Below are positions 1 to 10,126 of a stretch of DNA of 64,000 nucleotides, in pieces (positions within the stretch are counted from its first letter, which is position 1; each line of letters starts with the position of its first letter). The notes beneath the pieces are model-generated. The model had not been told where the DNA came from, searched no databases, and worked only from the letters and a program-made list of their open reading frames with translations. The stretch is taken from NCBI GenBank assembly GCA_963788875.1, contig CAWBIQ010000014.1:11113-75112 (forward strand), given 5' to 3'. The stretch is from an uncultured Actinomycetes bacterium (GTDB taxonomy: Bacteria; Actinomycetota; Thermoleophilia; Gaiellales; Gaiellaceae). The position numbers and the translations under genes were made by a program.

Positions 1-856
1 TCGGACGCCAGGCCACGGTGTGGATGTCGTTGGGATTCGTCGCGTAGTACGCGGTGAAGTTGACCGCGTCGACGTCGGGGAAGGGCAGGAAGACGAGGTC
101 GGCGACGCCGCTGAGCACGGCTCCGCTCGCCGGCGACTGCCAACCGGGCGGCGGCGTCGTCCCGTCCTCGAAGAGATCCGACGGGTCCGCGGCCGTGTAC
201 GGGACGGTGAAGAAGCCGAGGACGTTGTGATCGCCCGTGGAGTAGTTGAACGTCGTCGTGTGCTGCGGGTTCGTGTGGTCGAACGAGATGGTGACGTCGT
301 CGTCGTCCGGATGGTTGGAGTCGTAGACCCACACCGTCGTGTTCGAGCCCTGGTCCTCGTAGCCGTAGGCCAGAACCTGGTGGTTCTGCCCGAGATCCAC
401 AGGGTTGGTCGAGTGGATGCAGACGAGGCCGAGCGGGCACGGGTGGCCGCCGTCGATCGTGTTGCGCAGGATCGGCATCGAGTCTTCGATCGTGTGGTGC
501 GCGAGCCCGACCACGGTGGTGATGCCCAGTGCCTGGTCGTCGTGGCCCGGCAGGTTCATCCACGTGTAGTACTGCGCCACGCCGCTCGGGATGTTGAAGC
601 TGTCGAACAGCCGCTTGACGATGTAGTTGAACGCGGGCGAGGTTCCGTCCGGGTTCGTCGTGGTCGCCGCCGGCAGCCGATGGGCCTCGAACAGGTCCCG
701 GACGACGAACGCCATCCCGCCGCAGAGCCCGTTCGAGGCGTCCCCGATCGAGATGTCGCCGAACGGCGTCGGGAGCTTCAGGTCCGGCTCGCTCGGCCAG
801 GAGTTCGGGTAATGCAGGCCGTTCGTGCTCGGCAGAAAGTTAGACAGCTTGCCCAC
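1..856 (-). CDS. Hypothetical protein with papain-like Cys/His peptidase-type motifs (partial, 3' end beyond window edge)
   Basis: Not in the ORF track because it is open to the window edge. On the minus strand GGAGG lies at 862-866 and GTG at 856. The 285 codons VGKLSNFLPSTNGLHYPNSW..GDASNGLCGGMAFVVRD..GQNHQVLAYGYED..VWVYDSNHPDDD read as real protein. ORF 20..892(+) is its antisense shadow. The function is only a guess from the C..H spacing. Confidence 0.6.
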   Translation of the reverse strand, partial: MGKLSNFLPSTNGLHYPNSWPSEPDLKLPTPFGDISIGDASNGLCGGMAFVVRDLFEAHRLPAATTTNPDGTSPAFNYIVKRLFDSFNIPSGVAQYYTWMNLPGHDDQALGITTVVGLAHHTIEDSMPILRNTIDGGHPCPLGLVCIHSTNPVDLGQNHQVLAYGYEDQGSNTTVWVYDSNHPDDDDVTISFDHTNPQHTTTFNYSTGDHNVLGFFTVPYTAADPSDLFEDGTTPPPGWQSPASGAVLSGVADLVFLPFPDVDAVNFTAYYATNPNDIHTVAWRP

Positions 857-1009
857 GTGTGCCTCCCCAGGTTCCGCCCGCCTTGCTGGTGAAGCGACTC
901 TACGGCAGCCCGATCGCCCTGCCAAATGGCCGCCGGGAGCGCTGCGCCCGCGCGCAACGTACGAATTCCGTCACGCATTCTCCCGGAGCGCCCCGCTAGG
1001 CTGGGCCGA

Positions 1010-3238
1010 ATGCCCGGGAGTGACGGAGGGGTCGTGTCGGCCGCGGTCGAGGACGAGATCCGCGTCACGCTCTCCCCCTCCGGGCCGCGCTACATCTCGC
1101 CCGACGCGGAGTTCGCGGTCTGGTCGGCGACCCTCGGCGAGGAGCGCGACGGCGTGCCTGTCACGCTCACCGGCGCGCTCGGGCACGTGACGCCCGGCGA
1201 CCAGCTCGTCTGCACCGGTGCGTACGCGGACCACCCGCGGCACGGCGTGCAGTTCGTCGTCGCCTCCTTCCACTCGACGCTGCCGCAGACCCCGGAAGGG
1301 ATCGCACTCTGGCTCGTGACGCGCGTTCCCGGCGTGGGACGCACGTTCGCGCGCGCGATCGTCGAGCACTTCGGCGCCGAGAACGTCTTCGCCGAGCTCG
1401 ACCGCAACCCGGAGCGCCTGCGCGAGGTGCGCACGAGGGCGGGCCGCGCGATCTCGCACAAGGCGGTCGAGCGGGCGGTCGCCGCCTGGCGCGAGGTCGC
1501 GACCATCCGCGAGGTCGAGGCGTTCCTGTACAGCCACGGCATCAGCGCCGGGCTCGCCGCCCGGCTCGTGCGCCAGTACGGCGAGGATGTCGTCGCGGTG
1601 CTCACCGGCGACCCGTACCGCCTCACCGAGCTGCCCCGCATCGGCTTCAAGATCGCCGACCGGATCGCCCGGACGCTCGGCGTCGAGCTCGACGACCCGC
1701 AGCGGCTGCGCGCCGGCCTGCGGTTCGTGCTCGAGGAGGCCGAGGCGAACGGCAACACCTTCCTGCTCCTCGACGAGCTCTGGCACGAGGCCGGCCGCCT
1801 GCTCGGGGTCGGCGACCCTGAGCCGCTCGAGGCGGCGGTGCGGGCGCTCGTGCTCGCCGCCGAGCTCGTCGTCGAGCGCGACCGGGTCTATCGCAGCGAG
1901 CTGTGGGAGATGGAATGCAGGCTCGGGCAGGCGCTCGGCGAACGGGCCCGCGCCGAGCCCGCCGAGCTGTTCGCGGAGCCGCGCCGGCCCGAGGTCGACG
2001 TCTCGGACGAGCAGTGGGGCGTCGTCGAGCTCGTGCGCACGCGGCGGCTCGTGCTGCTCACGGGGCTTCCCGGCTCCGGAAAGACGCACACCCAGCGCGT
2101 GCTCGTGGACATCGCCCGGCGGGCACGCAGGCGCGTCCTGCTCTGCGCCCCGACCGGCAAGGCCGCCCGGCGCATGCGCGACCTCACCGGCCACGACGCG
2201 ATGACGATCCACCGCGCGCTCGCATACTCGCCGCTCGAGGACGTCTTCCAGCGCGGCGAGCTCTGGCCGCTCTCCGACGACTACGACCTCGTGATCGTCG
2301 ATGAGGCGTCGATGCTCTCGCTCGAGCTCGCCGACGCGCTCTTCGCCGCCGCGGGCGACTGTCACGTCCTGCTCGTCGGCGACACGGACCAGCTGCCGCC
2401 GATCGGCCCGGGGCGTGTCCTCGCCGACCTCGTCGCGAGCGAGGTCGTGCCACGCGTCCATCTCACCGCCATCTACCGGCAGGCGGCGCGGTCGCTGATC
2501 ATCCAGAGCGCGCGCCGGATCAACGCGGGCGAGCTGCCGTTCCTCACCTTCGAGGAGGCGCGTGCCGCGCTCGGCCCCGACGCGGAGTTCGACGAGGACT
2601 TCTACTTCGTCACGCGCAACGGCCCCGAGTCGATGCGCGAGGCCGTGCTCGACGCGGTGTGCGAGCGCATCCCGCTCCGCTTCGGACTCGACGCGCGCAC
2701 CGACGTGATGACGCTTGTCCCGATGCGCCGCGGCCCGGTCGGGATGACGTCGCTGAACGAGGAGCTCGAGCGGCGGCTCAACCCCGGCGATCGCACCGTC
2801 GTTCTCGCGCGCGCCGGCCTGCGCGTCGGCTCGCGGATCGTGCAGACGAAGAACGACTACACGGCGGGCAGGGAGGTGATGAACGGCGAGGTCGCGTTCA
2901 TCCTCGGCTACGACGACGAGGAGGGAGACGTGCGCCTCTCGCTCGACGACGGCGAGCGAGAGCTCGTCGTCCCCGTCTCGGCGCTCGAGACCTACGACCT
3001 CGCCTGGGCGCTCACGATTCACCGCTCACAGGGATCGCAGTTCCCGGCCGTCGTCGCCCCCTGGTCGATGGCCTACTCCGTGATGCTCTCGCGCGCGCTC
3101 CTCTACACCGCGGTCACGCGCGCGCAGCGGCTGTGCATGCTGATCGGCGAGCGCCGTGCGGTCGCAGCGGCGCTCGCGCGCAGCGAGCAGCGGCGTCGCA
3201 ACTCGGCGCTCGCCGAGCGCATCGTCGATGGCTCGTGA
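1010..3238 (+). CDS. recD2: RecD2-type SF1B ATP-dependent DNA helicase
   Basis: Walker A LTGLPGSGKTH, motif II VIVDEASM, VGDTDQLPPIGPG, and C-terminal WALTIHRSQGSQF..LLYTAVTRA. A TAGGCT box (997-1002) lies 7 nt before ATG 1010, so the ORF-track start at 926 is probably an upstream extension. Confidence 0.85.
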   Translation: MPGSDGGVVSAAVEDEIRVTLSPSGPRYISPDAEFAVWSATLGEERDGVPVTLTGALGHVTPGDQLVCTGAYADHPRHGVQFVVASFHSTLPQTPEGIALWLVTRVPGVGRTFARAIVEHFGAENVFAELDRNPERLREVRTRAGRAISHKAVERAVAAWREVATIREVEAFLYSHGISAGLAARLVRQYGEDVVAVLTGDPYRLTELPRIGFKIADRIARTLGVELDDPQRLRAGLRFVLEEAEANGNTFLLLDELWHEAGRLLGVGDPEPLEAAVRALVLAAELVVERDRVYRSELWEMECRLGQALGERARAEPAELFAEPRRPEVDVSDEQWGVVELVRTRRLVLLTGLPGSGKTHTQRVLVDIARRARRRVLLCAPTGKAARRMRDLTGHDAMTIHRALAYSPLEDVFQRGELWPLSDDYDLVIVDEASMLSLELADALFAAAGDCHVLLVGDTDQLPPIGPGRVLADLVASEVVPRVHLTAIYRQAARSLIIQSARRINAGELPFLTFEEARAALGPDAEFDEDFYFVTRNGPESMREAVLDAVCERIPLRFGLDARTDVMTLVPMRRGPVGMTSLNEELERRLNPGDRTVVLARAGLRVGSRIVQTKNDYTAGREVMNGEVAFILGYDDEEGDVRLSLDDGERELVVPVSALETYDLAWALTIHRSQGSQFPAVVAPWSMAYSVMLSRALLYTAVTRAQRLCMLIGERRAVAAALARSEQRRRNSALAERIVDGS

Positions 3239-3247
3239 GGGCGGAGC

Positions 3248-3267
3248 GGGCGGACGGCCGTCCGCCC
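3248..3267. terminator. Palindromic hairpin between convergent genes (possible bidirectional terminator)
   Basis: GGGCGGACGG/CCGTCCGCCC is a perfect 20-nt palindrome in the 32-nt gap between the recD2 stop and the SHOCT gene stop. There is no U-tract. Confidence 0.45.
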
Positions 3268-3270
3268 GCG

Positions 3271-3621
3271 TTACTCCGGCGGCGGTGGCGGCGGTCCGCC
3301 GTGGGCGGTGAGATCGCCCATGCCCTGCAGGAACTCGTCACGTCCGAGCTCGCCGCGCGCGTAGCGCCAGCGCAGCACGTCGAGAGGATCGTGCCGGGGG
3401 CCGGCACCCGCGAAGGCGAAGTGCCTTGGTCCCGGCCCGTGCCAGCGGTGGCGGCGGCGGCCGGCGAACCGCGCGACGAGCATCGCTCCGACGGTGAGCA
3501 CGAGGAGCAGGACGAGCGCGAACGTCACCCAGGCGAGGGCATTCGGACGGTCCTGCTGGTAGTGGAGAGTCATGGGGGCGAAGCCGAAGCCGCCCCGCTG
3601 CTGAAACGGAGTGGGGTTCAT
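3271..3621 (-). CDS. SHOCT-domain membrane protein
   Basis: One TM helix (WVTFALVLLLVLTVGAMLV) and a C-terminal DVLRWRYARGELGRDEFLQGM, which is SHOCT-like. TACGCT-N6-ATG leaderless-type start. Confidence 0.7.
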   Translation of the reverse strand: MNPTPFQQRGGFGFAPMTLHYQQDRPNALAWVTFALVLLLVLTVGAMLVARFAGRRRHRWHGPGPRHFAFAGAGPRHDPLDVLRWRYARGELGRDEFLQGMGDLTAHGGPPPPPPE

Positions 3622-3759
3622 GGGTCGAGCGTACGGCCGGCGGCTAAGGGCTCGCTAAGGAGCAAGTTGCATCTGCGACCCGCGTTGCGTACGGTCGAAT
3701 GGCCAGTGCACGCTCACCTGATCAGGTTCCCGCGGCTGTCGCCGGTTCGTGAAACGAGC

Positions 3760-4617
3760 ATGCCGGAGCGGCTGTTCGCCGCTGCCGTCTTGGCCTACGC
3801 GTCCGTGTTCGTCGTGAACCTCGTCTACAGCCGACCGGGTCTCGGTCTCGGCCAGATCTTCTATCTGCCGATCGTGCTCGTCGCCCTCGCGAGCGGGCCG
3901 TTCGCAGGCGCCGGCGCGGGACTCTTCGCATTCGTGCTGTACGTGGTCACGCTCGTGTTCACGTCGCAGTTCGCTCACCACGGCATCGCGGAGATGCAGC
4001 TCTCGATCCGATTGGCGATGTTCACGATCGCCGGCGCGACGGTCGGCTACTTCTCGGCGCGAGGCCGCGGCATGATCCGCGACTCGCTTCACGTCCTCGA
4101 GGAGCTGCTCCTGATCGCGCGGCGCGACGTGAGCACGGGCGTCTCCACCGGTGCACGCTTTGCAGACGTCGTCGACCGCCAGCTCGGCCGCCGCCGGCCG
4201 GTCGTGCTGCTCGTCGGCGAGCTCCAGTCGGAGACGCGGCCGCTCTCGCTCCTGAAGGACGAGCGGCAGTTGCGCGACGCGCTGGCGCTCGTCGCCGGCC
4301 GGCTCGGGCCGGACGACGAGCTGGCTCGCATCGGTCCCTCGCAGATCGCCGTCGCGGCGGTCGGCCGCGACGCCCGCTGGGGCCGCGCCGCCGCCGCCGA
4401 GCTGGAAGAGACGCTGCGGGCATCCGGGAGCGACGCGACGTTCGGCTGGGCGGTATCGCCGGGCGACGGCGCGGACGTGCTCGCGCTCCTGTACGCAGCG
4501 GGGACGAAGCTCGCAGCCCGCCGGTTCGTGCGAGGCGACTGGCAGCCGTCGGCTGAGAGCGCGGGTCTCGTCGCGTCCGTCGAGGATCTCGCCGCGCACC
4601 GAGCGCGGGAGCGTTAG
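3760..4617 (+). CDS. Membrane protein with degenerate GGDEF-like C-terminal domain
   Basis: N-terminal TM helices (LFAAAVLAYASVFVVNLV, IFYLPIVLVALASGPFAGAG..) are followed by RDVSTGVSTGARF..VVLLVGEL..ARIGPSQIAV where RxGGDEF would sit. Only the last 285 codons of ORF 2659..4617 look coding. Confidence 0.55.
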   Translation: MPERLFAAAVLAYASVFVVNLVYSRPGLGLGQIFYLPIVLVALASGPFAGAGAGLFAFVLYVVTLVFTSQFAHHGIAEMQLSIRLAMFTIAGATVGYFSARGRGMIRDSLHVLEELLLIARRDVSTGVSTGARFADVVDRQLGRRRPVVLLVGELQSETRPLSLLKDERQLRDALALVAGRLGPDDELARIGPSQIAVAAVGRDARWGRAAAAELEETLRASGSDATFGWAVSPGDGADVLALLYAAGTKLAARRFVRGDWQPSAESAGLVASVEDLAAHRARER

Positions 4618-4862
4618 CGCCCGGCGGCCAGGGCGACGCGGCGCCCGCGGGCGTCGACGTACACATACGGGTGCTCGTAAAGCTCGAGCGCGTCGTCCTC
4701 GGGCGTCACGTCGAGCTCGACCACCTCGCCGGTCTCGTCGTCCTCGAGGACGACGGCTGCGCGGTGGGTGCGCCGGCTCCAGAAGAACGAGACGTGCGTC
4801 GACCCGGAGTCGCGGTGCGCGAGCTCCTTCGGATGTGCGTCGAAGCTCAGCCGGCGGATCAT
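4614..4862 (-). CDS. Small hypothetical protein (82 aa)
   Basis: Intact ORF with acidic, protein-like composition (VVLEDDETGEVVELDVTPEDDALELYEHPYVYVD). No recognisable family, SD or -10 box. Confidence 0.4.
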   Translation of the reverse strand: MIRRLSFDAHPKELAHRDSGSTHVSFFWSRRTHRAAVVLEDDETGEVVELDVTPEDDALELYEHPYVYVDARGRRVALAAGR

Positions 4863-5088
4863 CGGCGGATCGGAGGGGCCGCGGGGGAACGGCCCCTCCG
4901 GGGCGAGTGCGGTGTGACCTGCATCCCTGCCGGAAGGAGACCGCTGCGGTCACGCGATGGCTGGGCGGATTCGACGGCGGTGAGGGCGGGAAGCACGGAG
5001 GTCATGCCGTTGTTCTACGCCGGCGCGCGCCAAGCGGGGGCAAGGAAACGGCCAAGAAACGGCCGCGGTCGGCAAGGATCCTGCTGCG

Positions 5089-5125
5089 GGGAGCGCGCTT
5101 CCTGACGGCGCAGGCGCGCGCTCCC
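5089..5125 (-). terminator. Hairpin downstream of USP gene
   Basis: GGGAGCGCGC ... GCGCGCTCCC forms a 10-bp stem with a 17-nt loop, 13 nt after the USP stop on the minus strand. Confidence 0.35.
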
Positions 5126-5137
5126 GCAGCGTGGGGG

Positions 5138-5607
5138 TCAGACGGTGGTGACGAGCTCGCGCTCGCGCTCCGCCGCCACGACGTCGCGGGCAGGCGGGAT
5201 GGCGAGGACGGGGCAGCACGCGTCGTGCAGCAGCCCGCGGGCGACGCTGCCGAGCACCGCGGCCCGGAAGCCGCCGTGACCGTGCGTGCCGACGACGATC
5301 AGGTCGGCCTCGATCTCGCGGGCGGCCTTGGCGATCAGCTCCGGAATGTCGTGCGTCCCGGTGATCACCTTCAGCTCGACGGCGACGCCGAGCTCGCGCG
5401 AGCTCGGCGACCTGGTGCTCGATCTTCTCGACGCAGATCGGGCTCGTCCGCCAGCAGCGGCGCGCCGCCGAAACGGCCCTTGAGCAGCTCGTTGGCGTGG
5501 ACGGCGACGATCTTCGAGTGGTGCTGTGCGGGCGAGCTCGATGCACTGCGGAACGCCCGGTCGGCGAGCTCGGATCCGTCCGTCGCCCAGACGATGGTCT
5601 CGAACAT
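5138..5607 (-). pseudogene. Universal stress protein (UspA family), frameshifted in this sequence
   Basis: The N-terminus MFETIVWATDGSELADRAF..KIVAVHANE is in frame 5371..5607. The middle ICVEKIEHQVAELA is in the third frame. The C-terminus ELGVAVELKVITGTHDIPELI..DLIVVGTHGHGGF..LGSVA is in frame 5138... That gives two frame changes near 5400-5435. Confidence 0.8.
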
Positions 5608-5775
5608 CGGGATTCCTTTCGTCGGGTGGCGGCACGATGCCGCACGCCCACGCTTGAAGGATCGCCCACGCAGCCCCCGCTGCCATCGGTTGCGGCCCCG
5701 ATGGGGGCGCTCGGAACTACCGAGAGGTGACGGGCGGCCGCGGCACGTGCCGCGGCCGCCTCGGCAGGCCGGCGT

Positions 5776-7387
5776 CTAGGCCCCAGCGGGCGCGTGATGA
5801 TGCGGAGGCGCCGTCTCGTAGCCGGCCTCGATGCGCGCCAGCTCTTCCTCGGTGCCCTCGCACGACCGGGCCCTTGAACCACTTGCGCGCCGACAGCGAT
5901 CCACCAGCCGCCGGCGAGGACGATCACGCCGCCGACCGTGATCGGCGCGTAGTTGACGACGTTCCAGTCGAAGCCGCTGTGCCACGGGATCCCCGTCGGC
6001 ACGGTCGGCATGATGAACAGGATCGCGATCAGCGATGATCCACAGGATCGCGATCGGGTTGATCCACTTGTAGTGGTTGCCGAGCGTCCACGCGCCGGGC
6101 TCGAAGGCGTCGCCGGCGCGCCAGCGGAGGTAGATCGGGATCCCGTACGCGATGTAGAGGCCGATCACCGCGATCGACGTCCCGACGAGATAGCCGACGG
6201 TGTTGTTCCAGTACGTCGGCAGCATCAGCAGCCCACGAGAGCACCGCGATGGCGATCACGGCGTTGACCGGCACGCGATGCGTGCGCGAGACCTTGCGCC
6301 AGAACGTGCGTCCGCCGGGCACGGCACCGTCGCGCGAGAACGCGAACATCATCCGTGACGCCGCCGTCACCGACGCGAGCGCCGCAGAAGAACTGCGCGA
6401 CGCAGGCGATGACGAGCAGGAACTCGGCCCAGTGGGTGCTCATCGACGTGCTGCCAGATGTACGTCACGTCGAAGCCTCCGGCGCCGAGCGTCCCGTTCG
6501 ACGTCGGGCACCGCGAACGTGACCGCGACGAGCAGGATGAAGCCGAAGATCACCGACATGACGACGGACATGACGACGCCGAGCGCGGCCGCGCGCGAGG
6601 CCTTGCGGGTCTCCTCGCTCATGTGCGCCGACGCGTCGTAGCCGGTGTACGTGTACTGCGCCATCAGCAGGCCGATCCCGAACACGAACCAGAAGACCGG
6701 GCTCGAGAAGTTGTGGCCGCTGAAGCCGGAGGCGTTGATCGTGTTGCCGAAGACGAAGCCGACGGACTGGTGGTGGTTCGGGACGATCGCGAGCACGAAC
6801 ACGATCACGACCACGCCGATCATGTGCCACCACGCCGAGATCGAGTTGATCATCGCGAGCAGGCGCACTCCGTTCAGGTTCAGGAGCAGATGGGCGGCGA
6901 TGATCGCGCGTGAAGGTGAGGAAGAGCGTGTGCCTGTCCGTGCTGACGCTCGGGAACCAGAGGTTCATGAGCGACGTCCAGAAGATCGCCGCGCCGTAGT
7001 CGATCGCCGCCGTGACGCCGATCTGGCCGATCAGGTTGAACCAGCCGGAGAACCAGCCCCAGGCCGGAGAACCGAGCTTCGACGACCAGTAGTAGATCGC
7101 GCCGGCGGTCGGCATCGAGGACGCGACCTCTCGCCATCGCGAGCGCCACGAGGACGACGAAGACGCCGACGATCAGCCAGCCCCAGGTCACGGCGACCGG
7201 GCCGCCGTTCGTCGAACGCGATGAAGTACGACGTGAGGCAGCCGGCGAGGATCGAGATGATCGTGAACGAGATGGCGAAGTTCGAGAACCCGCCCATCTC
7301 GCGGTACAGCACCTGGGCGTAGCCGAGCTTGTGCAGGGTCCGCTCGTCCTCGTCGGGCGTGTGGATCCCAGGTGCCTCCGAGCTCAT
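5776..7387 (-). pseudogene. APC-family amino acid/polyamine permease, multiply frameshifted
   Basis: The conserved peptide runs through at least 8 frame segments: MSSEAPGI..GGFSNFAISFTIISILAGCLTSYFIAF | TWGWLIVGVFVVLVALAMA | MPTAGAIYYWSSKLGSPAWGWFSGWFNLIGQ.. | LLAMINSISAWWHMIGV..YTGYDASAHMSEETRKAS | STHWAEFLLVIACVAQFF | RMMFAFSRDGAVPGG.. | MLPTYWNNTVGYLVGTS.. | MPTVPTGIPWHSGFDWN.. | GTEEELARIEAGYE*. GGAGG lies 7 nt before ATG 7387. Confidence 0.8.
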
Positions 7388-7539
7388 GCAGCGCCTCCCT
7401 GTGTGGATCGGAGTCCGTGACTTGACGCACGAAGGTACTGCGCCAGGCGGACGTTTTCAAGACGGCGACCCGGCCCGGCGCGTTGGATCGGATTCCTCAA
7501 CACCCGGAGCTCGCGCCCGGCCACCGCCGACCGCGTTCC

Positions 7540-7545
7540 TATTCT
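7540..7545 (+). promoter_or_regulatory. -10-like hexamer TATTCT, 6 nt before ATG 7552 (leaderless-type)
   Basis: TATTCT-ccgggc-ATG with no SD. Confidence 0.45.
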
Positions 7546-7551
7546 CCGGGC

Positions 7552-8004
7552 ATGAACATCTACAAGTACGCCCCGCACCCGCACATAGCGCACCGTCGGG
7601 CACTGGGTCCCGTCAAGATCGCGGACCAGTACGAGCGCGGGAGCGGCTTCAGCCGCTTCAACACGATGCTCGCGCTCAAGGTCACCGCGATCGTCGGGAC
7701 GATGGTCGCCGCCTACCTCTTCACCGCACTGGCGCTCGTCAGCCTGCCCTCCGCGTTGAACAGCGGCAATCTGATCATCATCGTCGCCTGGATCGCGCAG
7801 ACGTTCCTTCAGCTCGTGCTCCTCCCCGTCATCATCGTCGGCCAGAACGTGCAGGCAGCTGCGTCGGACAAGCGCGCCGAGCAGACGTACCTGGACGCCG
7901 AGGCGGTCCTTCACGAGGCGCAGGAGATCCAGAAGCACCTCCTGGAGCAGGACAAGGTGCTCGGACAGCTGATCGCGAGTCTGGGCGCGGCAGGCGCACC
8001 CTAG
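7552..8004 (+). CDS. DUF1003-like two-TM membrane protein
   Basis: Two TM helices (VTAIVGTMVAAYLFTALALV, LIIIVAWIAQTFLQLVLLPVIIV) followed by GQNVQAAASDKRAEQTYLDAEAVLHE, which resembles the DUF1003 QNRQ..RD region. The start was chosen by the TATTCT-N6-ATG pattern. Confidence 0.6.
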   Translation: MNIYKYAPHPHIAHRRALGPVKIADQYERGSGFSRFNTMLALKVTAIVGTMVAAYLFTALALVSLPSALNSGNLIIIVAWIAQTFLQLVLLPVIIVGQNVQAAASDKRAEQTYLDAEAVLHEAQEIQKHLLEQDKVLGQLIASLGAAGAP

Positions 8005-8044
8005 GAGGTCGGCCCAGGCCCGGTCGGCGCACCCGACGCCGGTG

Positions 8045-8050
8045 TATGGT
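8045..8050 (+). promoter_or_regulatory. -10-like hexamer TATGGT, 6 nt before ATG 8057
   Basis: TATGGT-cgggcc-ATG with no SD. Confidence 0.45.
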
Positions 8051-8056
8051 CGGGCC

Positions 8057-9403
8057 ATGCTGACGCTCGACGAGCTGAGGGTGGACGTCGAGACCGGCGC
8101 CGTCGACACCGTCATCGCGGCGTTCACCGACATGCAGGGCCGGCTGATGGGGAAGCGGCTCGACGCGGAGTTCTTCCTCGAACGAGCTCGACGCCGGGCA
8201 CGCAGGTCGAGGGCTGCAACTACCTGCTCGCGCTCGAGATGGAGATGGACCCGGTGCCGGGCTACGCGATCGCGAGCTGGGAGACGCGGCTACGGCGACT
8301 TCGGGCTCCAGCCCGACCTCGGAGACGCTGCGGCGGATCCCGTGGCACGAGGCGACGGTGCTGGTGCTGTGCGACGTCGTCTGGCACGACGGCACGCCGG
8401 TCGCGCCGTCGCCGCGGCAGGTGCTGAAGGCGCAGGTCGCGAGGGCGCGCGCGCTCGGGCTACGAGCCGATGTTCGGCTCGGAGCTCGAGTTCTTCCTGC
8501 TTCCGCGAGAGCTACGCTCGAGGCGCACGCGAAGCACTACCACGACCTCACGCCGTCGGTGCCGTACATCCTCGACTACCACATCCTCGCCTCGAGCTAC
8601 GACGAGCCGTTCCTGCGCGAGGTGCGGCACGCGATGAAGGCGCCGGGATGGTCGTCGAGTCGTCGAAGGGCGAGGCGTGGCCGGGGCAGCACGAGATCAA
8701 CTTCCGCTTCGCCGACGCGGTGAAGCGCTGCGGACGACCACGTCGTCTACAAGACCGGGATCAAGGAGATCGCCTACCAGCACGGGCGTCTCGGTCACGT
8801 TCATGGCGAAGCCGGACCACGACGTGGGTCGGCTCGTCGTGCCACATCCACTCGTCGCTGTGGCAGGACGGCAAGGCGGCGTTCGCCGGCGAGTCGGACG
8901 TGTTCAAGCACTACCTCGCCGGCCAGATCGCCTGCGCGGCCGAGCTGGCGATCTTCCTCGCGCCGACGATCAACTCGTACAAGCGCTTCGCCGCGGGAAG
9001 CTGGGCGCCGACGACGCTCGCCTGGGGCCACGACAACCGCACGTGCGGCTTCCGCATCGTCGGACACGGCTCCTCGTTGCGCGCCGAGACGCGCATCCCG
9101 GGCGCCGACGCGAATCCGTATCTCGCGTTCGCGGCGCTGCTCGCCGCCGGGCTGTACGGGATCGAGCACGAGCTCGAGCTCGGGCCGGCGCTCGAGGGCA
9201 ATGCGTACGAGTCCGACGTGCAGCGCTTCCCGCACGCGCTGCGCGAGGCGATCGCGCGCGCTCGAGCACGGGCACGGTCGCGCGGCAGCTGCTCGGCGAC
9301 GAGGTGGTCGACCACTACCTGAACTACGCGCGCACCGAGCAGCGAGCTGTTCGACAAGACGGTGACGTGCTACGAGCGGGAGCGGATGTTCGAACGTGGC
9401 TGA
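8057..9403 (+). pseudogene. Glutamine-synthetase-like gamma-glutamyl-amine ligase (GlnA2/3/4 / PuuA-type), multiply frameshifted
   Basis: GS motifs are spread over 3 frames: MQGRLMGKRL, VEGCNYLLALEMEMDPVPGYAIASWE, RGYGDFGLQPDL, TLRRIPWHEATVLVL, SELEFFLF, GMVVESSKGEAWPGQHEINFRFADA, WVGSSCHIHSSLW, INSYKRFAAGSWAP..WGHDNRTCGFRIV..RAETRIPGADANPYLAFAA. There are at least 10 frame changes, and the stop TGA is at 9401-9403. Confidence 0.85.
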
Positions 9404-10126
9404 GCCGTCCGTGGTCGGGATCACGACCTACGTCGAGCCGGCGCAGTGGGGGCACTGGCAGCTCGACGCGGCGCTGATCCCGTACGATGTACGTGCAGGC
9501 GGTCGAGCGGGCGGGCGGCCGTGCCGCTGCTCGTGCCGCCGGTCGAGGGCGGCGTGGAGGAGACGCTCGACGCTCTCGACGGGCTGCTGCTCTCCGGCGG
9601 CGCCGACCTCGACCCGGAGACGTACGGCGCCGACGCGCACCCGGAGACGAACGGGACGTCGTGCCGGATGCGCGACGACGCCGAGCTGGCGCTGCTCGAG
9701 GGCGCGCTCGCGCGCGACATGCCGGTGCTCGCCGTCTGCCGCGGCTCGCAGGTGCTGAACGTCGCCCGCGGCGGCGACCTCGATGCAGCACCTGCCCGAG
9801 GTGCGTCGGGCACGAGGCGCACCGCGAGGCGAAGGGCGTCTTCGTCCGAGCACGACGTCGCGGATCGAGGACGGCTCGCAGCTCGGCGCGCTGCTCGGCG
9901 AGCGCACGACGGTGAAGTCGCACCACCACCAGGGCTTCGGCACGGTCGGGCGAGGGCTGCGTCGAGGCTGCGTGCGCCGACGACGGCACGATCGAGGCGG
10001 TCGAGGCTCCGGACAAGCGCTTCGCGGTCGGCGTGCTCTGGCACCCCGAGGCGGGCACGGACGCGCGGCTGTTCGAGACGCTCGTCGCGGAGGCGCGCGC
10101 GCTACCGCGAGGAACACCGCGCATGA
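9396..10126 (+). pseudogene. Class-I glutamine amidotransferase-like gamma-glutamyl-amide hydrolase (PuuD-type), frameshifted
   Basis: VVGITTYVE.., [35 protein letters not shown] and VLWHPEAG lie in different frames. GTG 9396 overlaps the upstream stop (GTGGCTGA). The probable end is TGA 10124-10126, overlapping the next ATG (ATGA). Confidence 0.75.

Noticed and set aside
20-892. 290-aa ORF on the plus strand at the left edge, plus nested ORFs at 627..812, 778..1068 and 825..1190
   Set aside because: The Arg/Val/Asp-rich low-complexity translation is typical of an antisense shadow in high-GC DNA. The opposite strand carries a far more protein-like gene with an SD and a GTG start.
2659-3759. 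N-terminal 367 codons of ORF 2659..4617, and similar upstream extensions: 926-1009, 41955-42041, 21916-22926, 23774-24451, 24328-25356, 25927-26709, 36023-36250 and 55141-55551
   Set aside because: The extensions overlap upstream genes and have Arg/Pro-rich junk composition. Internal starts with a -10 box or SD coincide with the beginning of the conserved domain.
4614-4617. Toxin-antitoxin-like pairing of small ORFs (for example 4614..4862 with neighbours, or 39278..39547 with ybdK)
   Set aside because: 4614..4862 converges on the 3760 gene with only a 4-nt end overlap and is not co-directional with it. None of the small proteins shows recognisable toxin or antitoxin motifs.
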